Counted from the stretch's first letter, positions 40,356 to 53,995 are shown. The stretch is 64,000 bases of DNA from Eledone cirrhosa (GCA_964016885.1 OZ024757.1:16368001-16432000); one strand, 5' to 3'. The notes: generated by a model not told the origin, from the sequence alone. Numbers and translations: made by a program.

Positions 40356-42275
40356 GTGTGTATGCATGGTATCTAGACAGTATATTACATGGTGTTTATT
40401 AGGTATTATTAATAAATCAGGAGATTGCAGTAGGGAAAATATCTGCTTTGTTATTTATTGCCATATAATTAACAGTTTCGTAGTTGTTGATAGCGGATCA
40501 AACAACGTGTTACATGTCCAAACAAACATTGATTTGGCGGCCATTACGATTTTCTGATTATATAGTCGTAAGTCGTTGCATCCTATATCGAAATTCGATT
40601 GTCTATAAATATTGAGGTATTAGTGATTAGGTAGGAATGTGTGTATATATGTGTGTGTGTGTGTGTTTGTGAATGTATACACTCGTATGGATTCATATAT
40701 ATATACATATATACTAAAATATTGCCCGTATTTATTGCTACGTAAGTATCAATCGTAAGTTTTATATACTAATAAAATATACACTTATGTATATAAGTAG
40801 ATATATTATATATAATAGATAAATGAACGTCCGTTACTTACGACGATGAATATTCAAATTGTGAAACACAGCGCAACGGCCTACTCGTTCAATTAATCTG
40901 TAAGGGGCTGCGCTTTCCTCTGGGACGCGTACCTTTAACATATACCACGGGGAAATTCAGGGGAACAGTGCGAACATAAATATATATATATATGTGTAAT
41001 CTTAATATTCGAGGTCTGTGTGTAATCTGCTGGCTGGACCGGATTGTAAATAGACCAATGACAAGGTGTTGATAAATATCTAAGTTCAAAATACAAAGAT
41101 TGTCGCGTAAGCATGATAAATATATTTCAAGGAGACAACCCTAACGGTTGTCTTGTTTTCAATCTACATTTTCGATATTTTTTTTTTTTTTTGTCTTTAC
41201 TGGACCTTTTTTCTATTTCTCCATTGTGATCCTGTCTCTATTTTGTACTCCTGAAGAAGGGCTTAAGCCCAATACGTCAAACTGTCTTCCCTCTTTCGAA
41301 TATAAAACGTGAAACTAAGAAGACGTGTTGTTGTCACCTTGAACTATATATATATATATATATATATAAACACCATTTATATGAGGCTGTTTACCAAGGG
41401 GAAGAACTGGTGGATCCGGTTGGAATACGATGATGCACTAATTTAATTAAAGCACTCAACGTTATGCAAATCATTAAAAACTCATTAAAAACAACAGAAA
41501 GCCGGACTGGAAATTTACTTTACAATTTTAATTCCGTGAAAGTACTATACATATTTCGATGACCCAGACTTTTCATCTGATCATTATGCAAGATTTAGAC
41601 GATTTCATCAGGTGTTAATTGCGGAATTAGTTCCAAAAGACAACAGGATTACGTCAAACACAAACAGAGAATAGAAAATAGAAAGTAGAGGATCAATTCA
41701 ATTCGGTGACAGCCTTCCAGTGTTGTAGTTGTGTCAGACGATCCCCGAATATATATATATATGTCTTACTCAAAAGGTTAACGTACCACCCGGTCCTGGA
41801 ATCGAACTCGCAACCTCACGAATGTGAATCCTATTCTCTAACCAATAAGCGACGCATGTTTACATGTTATACCATCTATTGCTCCAAACATATTAGCTGG
41901 CTTCAGGAATTCGTTGGTGTTTTAATCAGGCCTTCCTTAGACAGACATATACAACCACAAATACTGCAGACGTAGATTAACTCAATCTACATCTAGAATT
42001 GTGTGAAATATGTGGCATATTTTATATATACATTCATACATACATACATAAACACACATGCATATATACATACATTCATACAAACAAACATGTATGCACG
42101 CATAGATGCATACACACGCAGGAATACTTACATGCGTTTATTCATTCATACATACATGAATACATACATACTCGTATACACACACACACACACACACACA
42201 CACGTACACATAGACTTTGCTTACGTATAGCGTATCTATTTGAATAGTAGTTTTACTGTTTTCAACTAAAAACAC

Positions 42276-42325
<50 letters not shown>

Positions 42326-42381
42326 CACACATATACATACATACATACATACATACATACATACATACATACATACATACA

Positions 42382-42414
<33 letters not shown>

Positions 42415-42980
42415 GGACGCTAATTTAATACCAGCGATCTTCGTTACTTTTATATGTAAAGAAAATAAACCGAATACTCTGATGGCTGGATAATCTTTAA
42501 GATTTTCCTCTGTGAAGCAGGAAAAATGCAGGTTTTCACCTAATGCGGGCCCTAGGGGATCAAGAAAAGGAATTTTTTTATGTGCCTTAATATGCCTTGA
42601 AATTTCGGGAAAATCAGCTAGACGCAACGCCTCAAAAAGGCCCTAAACAGCTGAAAAAATGAAGTTTTTCATCTAATGCGGATTTTCTTTGCTCACGGTA
42701 TGAAGAAAAGACTGACTAATACATAGTTACAATTTCATGGAAATCGGTCTGACGTAAAACCCTTAAAAATCTTTAAAAACGCAGTTTTTCACCTAATGGA
42801 TCAAAAAGTTGAATTTTCACCTAGGGGATCAAAAAGTTGAATTTTATGTGCATAACACTCCCCGAAACATAAGTAATACACATGTAAAGTTTGAAAAAAA
42901 TCGGTTGGGTACTTCTCGAGTTTTAGGGATTGAAACTCACAGACACACACAGACAGACATCTTCAGTTTTATATATATAT
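42415..42980. mobile_element. Non-autonomous Helitron-like repeat (partial)
   Basis: Repeated AAATCGG / TTTTCACCTA motifs, ends in ACAGACAGACA..TTTTATATA as in Lep1-type elements. Confidence 0.5.
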
Positions 42981-42983
42981 ATA

Positions 42984-43710
42984 ACTAGCAGCAGTACCCA
43001 ACGTAAAATAATATCTGCTTTGATGAAAAGGTGTTGATCTTAGCCACTGCTTATCGGTGACTCATCTATGGCCACACACAGACCATGCCGGGGAGGGTGT
43101 TGATGGCCTCTATCACTGAGAAACGTGGGTGACTGACGAAGGAGCATGCTGGGGGAGGGAGTTTCGAATTTGAACGAAATCGGTTGAAAAATGTGGGAGC
43201 TAGAGCCGAAAAGGCGGACATTTGAGTGAAAAGGCACTTTAAGACGTGAAATAATCAGATCTAGCGTAGTGTAAAATTTGAACAAAGTAGGTTGATTAAT
43301 GTGGGAGCTAGAGCTGAAAAAGTGGAAATTTGAGTCTAAAAGTGGTATTTTTTAATATTTAAGCGGCTGCCACGCTGTCCCTGGACAATAAATGCAAAAT
43401 ATAAAGCCATTACAGGATGAGCAATGATAAATTGTATTTTGGTTTAAAATTTGAACGAAATCGGTGGCAAAATGTGGGAGCTAGAGCCAAAAATCTTATT
43501 TTTCGATACCTAAAAAAAGGTGACCCCCCCCCCTATCGATTTTTATCTGCAGAATGACCTCGGAATAAAAAAAAAACTATACGCTGATATATAGAAAACA
43601 CTCCCCGATGACTAATCTGAGCCTGTAAAGTTTCATGAAAATCGGTCGTAATATGTAGGTAATACACAGACACACAGACACACACACACACACATACTTA
43701 ATTTTATAGA
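42984..43710 (-). mobile_element. Non-autonomous Helitron-like element
   Basis: Minus-strand 3' CTAGT at 42984-42988, TC 5' end near 43710, internal repeats AATGTGGGAGCTAGAGC three times, ACAG/AC microsatellite. Confidence 0.6.
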
Positions 43711-43732
43711 TATACAGATATATATATATATA

Positions 43733-44012
43733 CAATGATATTAAATAAATGGAAACTATATTTATAAAACCATATTTATTCTATTATATATATTTCAAGG
43801 GTACCAAAAACTTTGGTACGCTTTCATCAGATAAAATACAAAGAGTATTTTATAAATTTTGACATAGCCAAGGAAACTATACCTTATCAGTTGAATTTTT
43901 CTTGGTAGTTTAATATCATTGAATATTTACTCCAGAAAACTGTCGAGTGCTCTTAATCAGTTATAAACATTGATATTTGTTGTATTTCCAACAAATTAAA
44001 TATCCCTTCTAC
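43733..44012. mobile_element. F1 element copy 4 (inverted HHR segment plus forward tail)
   Basis: 43737-43860 resembles 1-135; 43909-44012 resembles 19783-19882; 13-bp inverted overlap. Confidence 0.8.
43777..43838 (-). ncRNA. Type I hammerhead ribozyme (F1 subfamily)
   Basis: TATTTTAT-CTGATGA-AAGCGTACCAAA..TTTGGTACCCTT-GAAA-TATATA-TA/ATAGAATA. Confidence 0.85.
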
Positions 44013-44949
44013 TTATATATATATATATATATATTTATTGAACTAAACAACCCTATCTCGGTACAGATTTCAGTGTAAATGAAATGGCTTGGAAATTAAT
44101 TATCTCCCCAGCTAGAAATCTTCGCACTCGAGAATAAAGCATTAAGCACTTTTTATCCTCTCGTTATATTTTATGATTTTCGACAATAATGCAACGTAAT
44201 ATAAATAGCAACAATAGAGGAAATTTTCAGTTAACTGTTAAATATGAAGTATTTGATCCTATACATTTGAAATATGTTTAATGTAAACTGTAGTGTAGAT
44301 ATAAAATGTCCTAAATAAACCTGTACGAACATTCTATGAGATTCCATTATAATTTATACTATTTTTATACACATATAGCCTCTATTCCATATAATAATAC
44401 ACTGGATTATTTTAGGTGCAAAGCCTAAGTATATATACAATCATATATATCAATGTATATATTGTATATTTATATATATTTGTGTATGTTCTTCTGCTAT
44501 AATTATTTAATTTATTTCATGTTCTGCTATAATTATTTAATTTATTTCATGCCAATTGAAGGAGCTACTTTATAACAAGGTACGAGGGTATTATTATTCT
44601 TTCATTTGTGTGTAAACACCAACTATGTATATATATCTATGTATGTGTGTGTATGTGTGTGTGTGTATGTGTGTGTGTGTGTGTGTGCGTGTGTGTGTGT
44701 GTGTGCGTGCGTGTGTATGGATATATGTGTATATATATATATATTTATATATGTCTGTATATCTGTACGTACTTACGTACGTATGTATGTATTTATGTAG
44801 GTGTGTATGTATCTATGTATATACGTATGTATGTATGTATGTATGAACGAATGAATGTGTGTGTGTGGGTGTGTGGGTGGGTGTGTGTGTGTGATTGTGT
44901 GATTGTGTGCAGGTATGAGTGTCATTGCATGTGTGGATCTGTGTTTTGC

Positions 44950-45330
44950 GTGGAAGAGAACACTTAACATTGAAAAGGATGGTCAGGAAAAGGGACTGTT
45001 CTGAACTGCCTGCTATTGAGCAATATCTGGTTTGCCAGCACTGTAGTCGAGTCTGCCTGAGCAAAGCTGGTTTGATAAGGTACGAACAAAGTCATATGGG
45101 TAGACCTCATGTAGCTTATGATCTGAAAAGGTGTAAGGAATGTGCAAGCATGGGAGTTCTTAAAAAACAAAGGAGAACACACTGTCAGAACCAAGAGCCT
45201 ACATCTGCCATGTCTGTGCCAGAGGGTGCAAGTCTTTGGCTAGTTTAAAGAGCCACGTTCGTGCCTCACATTTTTTAGCATGTTATCAGGCGATGGCAAT
45301 ACTCGAACACGAGTTTGCGGCCATCATGTA
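44950..45330 (+). mobile_element. LINE 3' end with C2H2-like zinc fingers (RTE/BovB-like)
   Basis: LVCQHCSRVCLSKAGLIRYEQSH; tail ACTCGAACACGAGT..GCCATCATGTAT. Confidence 0.6.
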
Positions 45331-45339
45331 TAATTGTCA

Positions 45340-46015
45340 CAGGTGTAGTGTTTGTACCAGAGTTTTCAAGTCGCTGGCTGGACTAAAAAGTCCCACTCGT
45401 TCAGCGCATTGGTAGGGGTTCTCCTACATGGATATAAAGTAGTGGCGGTACTCGAAATCGAGTTGGCAGCCACCATGTATGCATGTATATATGTATGTAT
45501 GCATATACGCATGCATGTATGTATGCATGTATGTATGTATGTTTGTCTATATGTATGCATTCATCTATTTATATATGTATGCATGTATGTGTGTATGTTT
45601 GCTTATATGTAAATATGCATTTACATATGTATATATATATGTATGTATATATATATGTATGTACGTGTATATGTTTGTATGTATGTATCTGTATACTTGT
45701 AAAAAGTCACACTCGTTCAGCGCATTGGTAGGGGTTCTCCAACATGGATATAGAGTAGTGGGCGTATTGGAAATCGAGTTGGCAGCCACCATGTATGCAT
45801 GTATATATGTATGTATGCATATATGCATGCATGTATGTATGCATGTATGTATGTATGTTTGTCTATATGTATGCATTCATCTATTTATATATGTATGCAT
45901 GTATGTACTCATGTATGTGTGTATGTTTGCTTATATGTATATATGCATTTACATATGTATATATATATGTATGTACGTGTATATGTTTGTATGTATGTAT
46001 CTGTATACTTGTACC
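45340..46015 (+). repeat. Related LINE tail with (ATGT)n, tandemly duplicated (period about 316 bp)
   Basis: About 45384-45699 is repeated at about 45700-46015. Confidence 0.85.
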
Positions 46016-46042
46016 TATCAAATATTAATATATTTGAGGAAT

Positions 46043-46232
46043 GGGCGGTGAATTGGCAGTATCGGTAGAGGGTCGGACGCCATGCTTTGACGCATAGAGT
46101 TACGGCCCTTGCCATTCTGAGTTCAAATCCCGCCGAGGTTAACTTTGCCTTTCATCCTTACGGGGTCGATAAAATAAAGTACCAGTAATGTACTGGATAA
46201 TTGCTGGCCTTGTGCCAAAAGTAGAAACAATT
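46043..46232 (+). mobile_element. SINE S1, near full length
   Basis: GGCGGTGAATTGGCAG...GTTCAAATCC...GTAGAAACAATT. Confidence 0.9.
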
Positions 46233-46480
46233 AATATATTTGAGGATCGTAAGATTCATATATGGAAGCGGATATGGGATAGCTTTTAAAACCGGAGTAT
46301 TTCTTCTTGATTTAAAGGATATATGGAACAACAATAGTACCAACAACAACATCTAAAGTCACTGCAACAATAGCAACTAGTATAACATAAGCTAAAACTA
46401 CAACGACCACCACATCATCATCCAGCACATAGCTACTACCACTACTACTGCAATTACAACACCAAGAAAAACTGCTGTTG

Positions 46481-46551
<71 letters not shown>

Positions 46552-46776
46552 GTTGCTGTTACTAATACTACTACTACTACTACTACTATTACAATTACTA
46601 CTACTATTACCACCATCAACACCACCACCACTACAACAACAACTACAACTCCTACTGCTACTACTACTACTACAACCACTAATGCTACTATTACTACTAC
46701 TACTACTACTACTACTACTACAATTACTACTACTACTACTACTACGGCTACTACTATAACTACTAATACAACTGTA

Positions 46777-46808
<32 letters not shown>

Positions 46809-47317
46809 AATTACTACTACTACTACTACTACGGCTACTACTGTAACTACTAATACAACTGTAACTACTACTACTACTACTACTATTACTACTATGCAAA
46901 TCAGAAAAAATAAACAATGAAGGGAATATAAATAGATGAAAATTGAGAGGGGCGAGGAGGGAGGATATTTGAATTGGGGGAATAATTCTTTCTCTGATAG
47001 AATAAGCATTACATAACTGTAAATATAGTATAGATACAGTATAGGTATTATATTAATATAGTATAAATATGATATATATATATATATAGTGTATATATCG
47101 TATAAATATAATATGTATTTATATTATATATAGCAAAAATATCGTATATATAATATGAATAGTATAAATATAACATGGATATAGTATAGATGTTATATAA
47201 ATATAATATATATTTATATTATATATAGTATAAATAGTATAAATATCATACATATATAATATGAATATAGTATAAATATAATATATATATATATATAGTA
47301 TAGATATCGTTTACATG

Positions 47318-47367
<50 letters not shown>

Positions 47368-47911
47368 GTATAAATATAGTATGAATATGATATATATGTA
47401 GTATGAATATCGTATATCACATGAATATAATATAGCATTAATATAAACATAGTATATCGAGTGTATAGATATATATATATACAATATATTATGAATATGA
47501 GTATAGTATATATAATAAGTATAGTACAGATATTGTATAAATATGACATATATATAATATAGTAAAAATATCGTAAATAGTTTAATTATAATATGTAATA
47601 TTACATATATATATATATATATATATATAAATATTACATATATATATATATAAATATTACATATATATATATATAAATATTACATATATATATATATATA
47701 TATACAGTCTGTTCGCTTTTTACGCGAACTTGAAGTGCGCGAATTCGCTTTAATGCCTCTTGAAAAAATATGATTAATCATAAATATTCACTTTGCGAGA
47801 ATAACGCGCTATAACTCGTGTGGTTCTTTATTTTTTATTTAACAAAAAATTAGACTTGAATTACGTGAATACGCTCTACGCGTTGCGTTCACGAGCTCAT
47901 CTTCACGTAAG

Positions 47912-47971
<60 letters not shown>

Positions 47972-48099
47972 TAAATCATGTCTATAGAATTATTAGTTAA
48001 ATAAAATATATACCATTTCCTCTGCCAATCGGCATAATTAACCATATAAAAAGGCTATGGCACCGGTTGCAACATATATAACTTTATTTATATGTAAAC

Positions 48100-48161
<62 letters not shown>

Positions 48162-48228
48162 AAGGTTTAGCAAATAATGAAAAAGTTTCAAAATAAATTT
48201 TAAAAAATTGACTTTACCTACTATAGTT

Positions 48229-48311
48229 ACCTTTACCGATCGGTTTCGAATCCCAAAAATAAACGGAGACCATACGGCCTTCGTTGCAAAGAAAGATTCT
48301 CGTCAGAAGGT
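48229..48311 (-). ncRNA. Type I hammerhead ribozyme, array copy 1
   Basis: ACCTT-CTGACGA-GAATCTT..GGGATTC-GAAA-CCGATCGG-TA/AAGGT; intact core. Confidence 0.92.
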
Positions 48312-48713
48312 TCTTTTCATTCGAAGAATATAAAATTCTTGAATTTAAATTACGAACTAGCGCTATCCAAAACTGTTCCTGAGATGAGAGTGAATGAAGT
48401 GGAATCAATTTTTTCAAGGGCCGAAGTAAAGATAGAGGCAGAGGGAGGTAGGTCAAACCGGCCGCAACTATCACTAGCAGCAGTCGGAACGACCCAATTT
48501 GTCTCTCAACAATAGAGGAGAGTAGTAATAATAGGATATGTGTTCCTTCACGCACTAGGCGCTAAGGGACGCATGTATTGTCCAACCAAATGCCAATGTG
48601 GTTCAATGGCAGGTTAATAAATTAACGAGCCAGAACATATATAAACAAGGTTTAGCAAATAATGAAAAAGTTTCAAAATAAATTTTAAAAAATTGACTTT
48701 ACCTACTATAGTT

Positions 48714-48796
48714 ACCTTTACCGATCGGTTTCGAATCCCAAAAATAAACGGAGACCATACGGCCTTCGTTGCAAAGAAAGATTCTCGTCAGAAGGT
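48714..48796 (-). ncRNA. Type I hammerhead ribozyme, array copy 2
   Basis: Identical to copy 1, offset +485. Confidence 0.92.
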
Positions 48797-49198
48797 TCTT
48801 TTCATTCGAAGAATATAAAATTCTTGAATTTAAATTACGAACTAGCGCTATCCAAAACTGTTCCTGAGATGAGAGTGAATGAAGTGGAATCAATTTTTTC
48901 AAGGGCCGAAGTAAAGATAGAGGCAGAGGGAGGTAGGTCAAACCGGCCGCAACTATCACTAGCAGCAGTCGGAACGACCCAATTTGTCTCTCAACAATAG
49001 AGGAGAGTAGTAATAATAGGATATGTGTTCCTTCACGCACAAGGCGCTAAGGGACGCATGTATTGTCCAACCAAATGCCAATGTGGTTCAATGGCAGGTT
49101 AATAAATTAACGAGCCAGAACATATATAAACAAGGTTTAGCAAATAATGAAAAAGTTTCAAAATAAATTTTAAAAAATTGACTTTACCTACTATAGTT

Positions 49199-49281
49199 AC
49201 CTTTACCGATCGGTTTCGAATCCCAAAAATAAACGGAGACCATACGGCCTTCGTTGCAAAGAAAGATTCTCGTCAGAAGGT
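49199..49281 (-). ncRNA. Type I hammerhead ribozyme, array copy 3
   Basis: Identical, offset +970. Confidence 0.92.
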
Positions 49282-49683
49282 TCTTTTCATTCGAAGAATA
49301 TAAAATTCTTGAATTTAAATTACGAACTAGCGCTATCCAAAACTGTTCCTGAGATGAGAGTGAATGAAGTGGAATCAATTTTTTCAAGGGCCGAAGTAAA
49401 GATAGAGGCAGAGGGAGGTAGGTCAAACCGGCCGCAACTATCACTAGCAGCAGTCGGAACGACCCAATTTGTCTCTCAACAATAGAGGAGAGTAGTAATA
49501 ATAGGATATGTGTTCCTTCACGCACTAGGCGCTAAGGGACGCATGTATTGTCCAACCAAATGCCAATGTGGTTCAATGGCAGGTTAATAAATTAACGAGC
49601 CAGAACATATATAAACAAGGTTTAGCAAATAATGAAAAAGTTTCAAAATAAATTTTAAAAAATTGACTTTACCTACTATAGTT

Positions 49684-49766
49684 ACCTTTACCGATCGGTT
49701 TCGAATCCCAAAAATAAACGGAGACCATACGGCCTTCGTTGCAAAGAAAGATTCTCGTCAGAAGGT
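49684..49766 (-). ncRNA. Type I hammerhead ribozyme, array copy 4
   Basis: Identical, offset +1455. Confidence 0.92.
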
Positions 49767-49876
49767 TCTTTTCATTCGAAGAATATAAAATTCTTGAATT
49801 TAAATTACGAACTAGCGCTATCCAAAACTGTTCCTGAGATGAGAGTGAATGAAGTGGAATCAATTTTTTCAAGGGC

Positions 49877-49916
<40 letters not shown>

Positions 49917-49966
49917 TAAATTAAAATGGCGTAGAAATTACAATGCAATGGGAGGAAACATAATAG

Positions 49967-50010
49967 TACCACTGATGATGTCACAGATGCGTGACGAAAG
50001 AACTTTGATA
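49967..50010 (+). ncRNA. Minimal type I hammerhead ribozyme, slightly decayed
   Basis: TACCA-CTGATGA-T-GTCAC-AGATGC-GTGAC-GAAA-GAAC-TT/TGATA; one mismatch in stem I. Confidence 0.7.
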
Positions 50011-50191
50011 GACTATATACTATATATTTATATCTGTATTTTTAACGGTTGGTCAATGATACACATTGGTTGTCAGATAAATCAACTATAGAGATATAAA
50101 AGATGAAGCAGTGAAAACCAATCCAAACCGAACAGTGAGCGTGTTCTATTATTTCTGACAATATCGTAACAATATGACCCTCCCCAAATAT

Positions 50192-50277
<86 letters not shown>

Positions 50278-52099
50278 TAAATATTAATTTAATATAATCA
50301 AAATATTTACCTAAATATAATGCAATATAGTATAAATAAAAAAGTAATATAATAATAGTATAAATATGGTAAGCATGTAATATCAATAAAGATTAAATAA
50401 AAAATATTATATGAATGTAATATTAATATGGTAAAAATATATTATAAATATATAAAGCCAACTCACCTAACAAGAAAGTCGACTTTTCTGTATCTCAAAT
50501 GTTTCGATGTTTTTAAGATGCTAAATTCTATCTCCAGGCAGAAATATATTGAAAATGCAATCACTTTAAAGTAGTCGTTTGACATTCACAACACAAACCT
50601 TATCCAACTGTACCGACATCCACCAAGAGTTTTACATGGAACCGGGAAACATTTTCTCTCTATTTTATCACAGTTTTTCATTATAAAAGCGAGTGTTTCT
50701 ATTGAAATATGGAAAGCATGTACGTATGGTTGTGTCCTTTAAGAAATTACCTCTTGGCAATCACATGGTTCTGGGTAGAATTTCTGTGTTCGATACCCAA
50801 CCACACCACCACCACTGCCACCACCACCATGAACAACCAACCCACTGCGCTCACATTTCTGCAAAAAGTATCTGCTATCATTGCCATAGCCTTGAGTTAA
50901 CCAATGTCTTTGCAAGTGGAATTTAGTAGACGTGGAGTGTATGCATTCCAGTGTTCATACTTTTGCTGGTTTCATGCATTACACTGCGGTCATACTGGGG
51001 CACCGCCTAAATTTAGATGACCATATCGACCCCCTAGTAGAATTTATTTTCAAGCCAGGTACTTATTTTATCGACCTAGTTTCCATCTAACCAGTAAGAC
51101 ATAGATAGATACAAACAAACATAGAAACACACATACCTGTGCAAGTTTAAAAGTGTATAGTAGCTTTACTAGGGGACAGATTGTTGTAAAAATACGCTGT
51201 ATTAGAATAAGGTAATGATTTAAATATTTAATGTGATAAGTCATAGTGTTGTTTTGTATTTTTCAAGAATGTCTTGCTAATGGGGTTTCATGTGGTTTGT
51301 TAATTCAAATGTTTATGGCATTTTTACTAGTGGACAGATCATTGGGAAATGTTAAAGTATTAAAAGCTGTAATTTTCAATGTGATGCAGTCAGTGTTGCT
51401 TTTTAATTTTCAAGAATGTCTTGCTAATGTGGTTTATGTCGTTTGTTAATTCAAATGTGGACAGATTGTTGTCGAAATTTGTAGTATTACAGTACAGACT
51501 TCAGTTTTTAATATGGTACAGGCATAGTAGTGTGGTATATTTTTCAATACATCTTGTAAAGATTAGCTGAAAACGTCTAAAAACTGGTTTGTTAATTGAA
51601 ATGATTGTAGTGTGTTACTAGTGGACAGTTATATCTCATTACATTTATTTATGCGGTAATACTTTAATTCAAAACACTTAAATATATTTCTAGGATCCTG
51701 TAAATATGAAAATTAATCTCTAAGGTGTTGTTGTTTTTTACTCAACCATGAAAACAGAAATGTTATTCAAATTAAACTCACAAAGTAGACTTAATACCAC
51801 TGATAATTACATTGATATGAAAAGGAAAGATAAAAACAAAATTAAGTAATGAGAAAAAAAGAGGAAGCGATAAAGAAGGATAGGTCTGGCTGTATGGAAA
51901 AGTAGAGGAAAATACTCTTTATGCCAGGATAAAAATTACATAAAAATAATAACAAATTTAATATTTAGTGAAACATATGGAAAACGAAAGTAGCATCGGA
52001 AAGTACTATAAATGGTATAAATGAGAGGGAAAGAAGGGAAAGAGCAAGGATTATTTGGCAACGGAAGAAAGAAAGGGGAATGGGAGGTGACAAACTCTG

Positions 52100-52250
52100 C
52101 ACCTGAATCAGAGCAGTGTTTCCGCTGAGCATCGCAGAGAAAATGGCAAGGGCATTTCCACGGTCACCCGTTTCAACAGCCACCCCACTTCACGGAGCTC
52201 GTTCCTCATATGGGCTGCTGTAATTCAGATTTCACGGGGAAGGGCAGATT
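52100..52250 (-). mobile_element. CRE-like retrotransposon C-terminal remnant
   Basis: RNELREVGWLLKRV..RGNALAIFSA; homologous to the 4089 and 61004 fragments. Confidence 0.65.
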
Positions 52251-52351
52251 ATATGAACTTTTGCATTATTAAAGTAAAGACCAATATTTAATAAGATACA
52301 GTTGCTGAGTTGCATTGTACTGTTCAAAAATGTCTTTCTAATGTGGTATAG

Positions 52352-52628
52352 TGGAGGCACGTAGCCTAGTGGTAAGGGTGTTGGACTTATGCTCATAATG
52401 TCGTGGGTTCGATTCCTGGGTTGCGTGTTGTGTTCTTCAGCAAAACACTTCATTTCACGCTGCTCCAGTATACTCAGCTATAAATGAGTACCAGCAATAG
52501 CTGGTGGTTTAACCCTGCGATGGACTGACGTCCTGTCCAGAGGGGGGTATTGTACTCTCAGTCGCTTCACACCTCGAAACCGGGATAAGCATCGGCCAAA
52601 TGAGCCTTCTGGCTTAAGACAGACTTTA
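52352..52628 (+). mobile_element. Full-length tRNA-derived V-SINE-like element
   Basis: A/B boxes, CORE-like block, AACCCTGCGATGGACTG.CGTCCTGTCCAG V-domain-like block, tail GAAACCGGGATAAG. Confidence 0.8.
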
Positions 52629-52631
52629 GGC

Positions 52632-52953
52632 CAGGGGTGTGCAACATATTCCATTGGCGGGACACTTTTGAACTTTCGAACAACTATTAGGGCTATTTAT
52701 ATTTATTAAGCACTATTCCAAAGATTCACCACAACTTCCTTCCATAACATGGAACTGGGAAATTATAACACACATAACCCTATTAGTGAAGCCCTTTAGT
52801 ATATATAGGTCAACTAACAGAAAATTGTATTACGGTTACGAAAAAAATTCTAAATAAGCCTACAAGGTAAAAATTAAAAACGATCATCGCGGACCACTCT
52901 GACTGGTCTGGCGGGCCGGAGTAAGGCCCGCGGGCTGCCTATTGCACGCTTCT
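52632..52953. mobile_element. hAT/Charlie-like MITE
   Basis: TIRs CAGGGGTGTGCAA / TTGCACGCTTCTG; subterminal GCGGGCCGG..GGCCCGCGGG. Confidence 0.7.
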
Positions 52954-53232
52954 GACGTAGACTCTTTAGAATGTGGTATATGACATTACTAGCTAACATA
53001 GGGTTTAAGGTAGATTTCATAGCTATTTCATGTAGGTCACTTGAACATCTGTGTGTAATATCTACGTCTATACAAATATATTCGTTGTCAGATGTGGCCG
53101 TAGTATAAAACAGCCTGTTGGGTGGATAGTAACTTCCGGTCCTTCATTGGACAATTATTTTAAAGCAAGAAATGAACTACTATCACAGATTTAGTTTTTA
53201 AGCGATTAAAATCGGTGTACTAAGCTTGCATT

Positions 53233-53343
<111 letters not shown>

Positions 53344-53869
53344 ATATGTATATATATGTAAATATATATATATGTATAATATGTATATATTTATATATAC
53401 ATGTATGTATGTGTTTCATTTATGTCTAATTTAATATATGCTTAACTAGTCTTATTATTTCTAAAAATATGTGTGTCTATATATAAATGTACATGTGTAC
53501 TCACGAACAACCCCGCTTCATATACACACACACATTACATTACATTACATTACGCACACACAAACAAACACATATATATATATCCATACGTACACATGTG
53601 TGCACGTGTATGTGTTTAGTAAATATAAAACAAATATAATATATGTGTAACTAATTTTAAATTGTTGCTGTATATAAATGCGTGCAGTTACACACCGTCA
53701 CGTATATATATTATATATATACATATCTGTGTGTGTATGCATGTATGTGTGCGTATGCATACGCATGTGTATACATATATACACATAGAGATGATACATA
53801 CATGCATATAATTAAACTGTCACATTTAATTGTAAATGTATGCATATTTATACGGGTGTATGTAGAATA

Positions 53870-53936
<67 letters not shown>

Positions 53937-53939
53937 ATA

Positions 53940-53994
<55 letters not shown>

Positions 53995-53995
53995 A

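Larger units (their letters stand above)
48152..49879 (-). mobile_element. Retrozyme / Penelope-pLTR-like tandem array, 485 bp x 3.55
   Basis: Exact 485-bp period, one substitution seen (49041), one HHR per unit, (TA)n on both flanks. Confidence 0.9.

Noticed and set aside
41245-41282. CTGAAGA-AGGGCTTAAGCCC-AATACGTC
   Set aside because: Probably a dead HHR: GAAA is mutated to AATA and stem I does not pair
41540-41615. Minus-strand CTGATGA..GAAATATGTATA
   Set aside because: Core words are present but stems I and II pair poorly
48214-48555. 113-aa ORF repeated in each 485-bp unit
   Set aside because: GTG start, no recognisable domain, and it spans the ribozyme cut site; the repetition only reflects the tandem array
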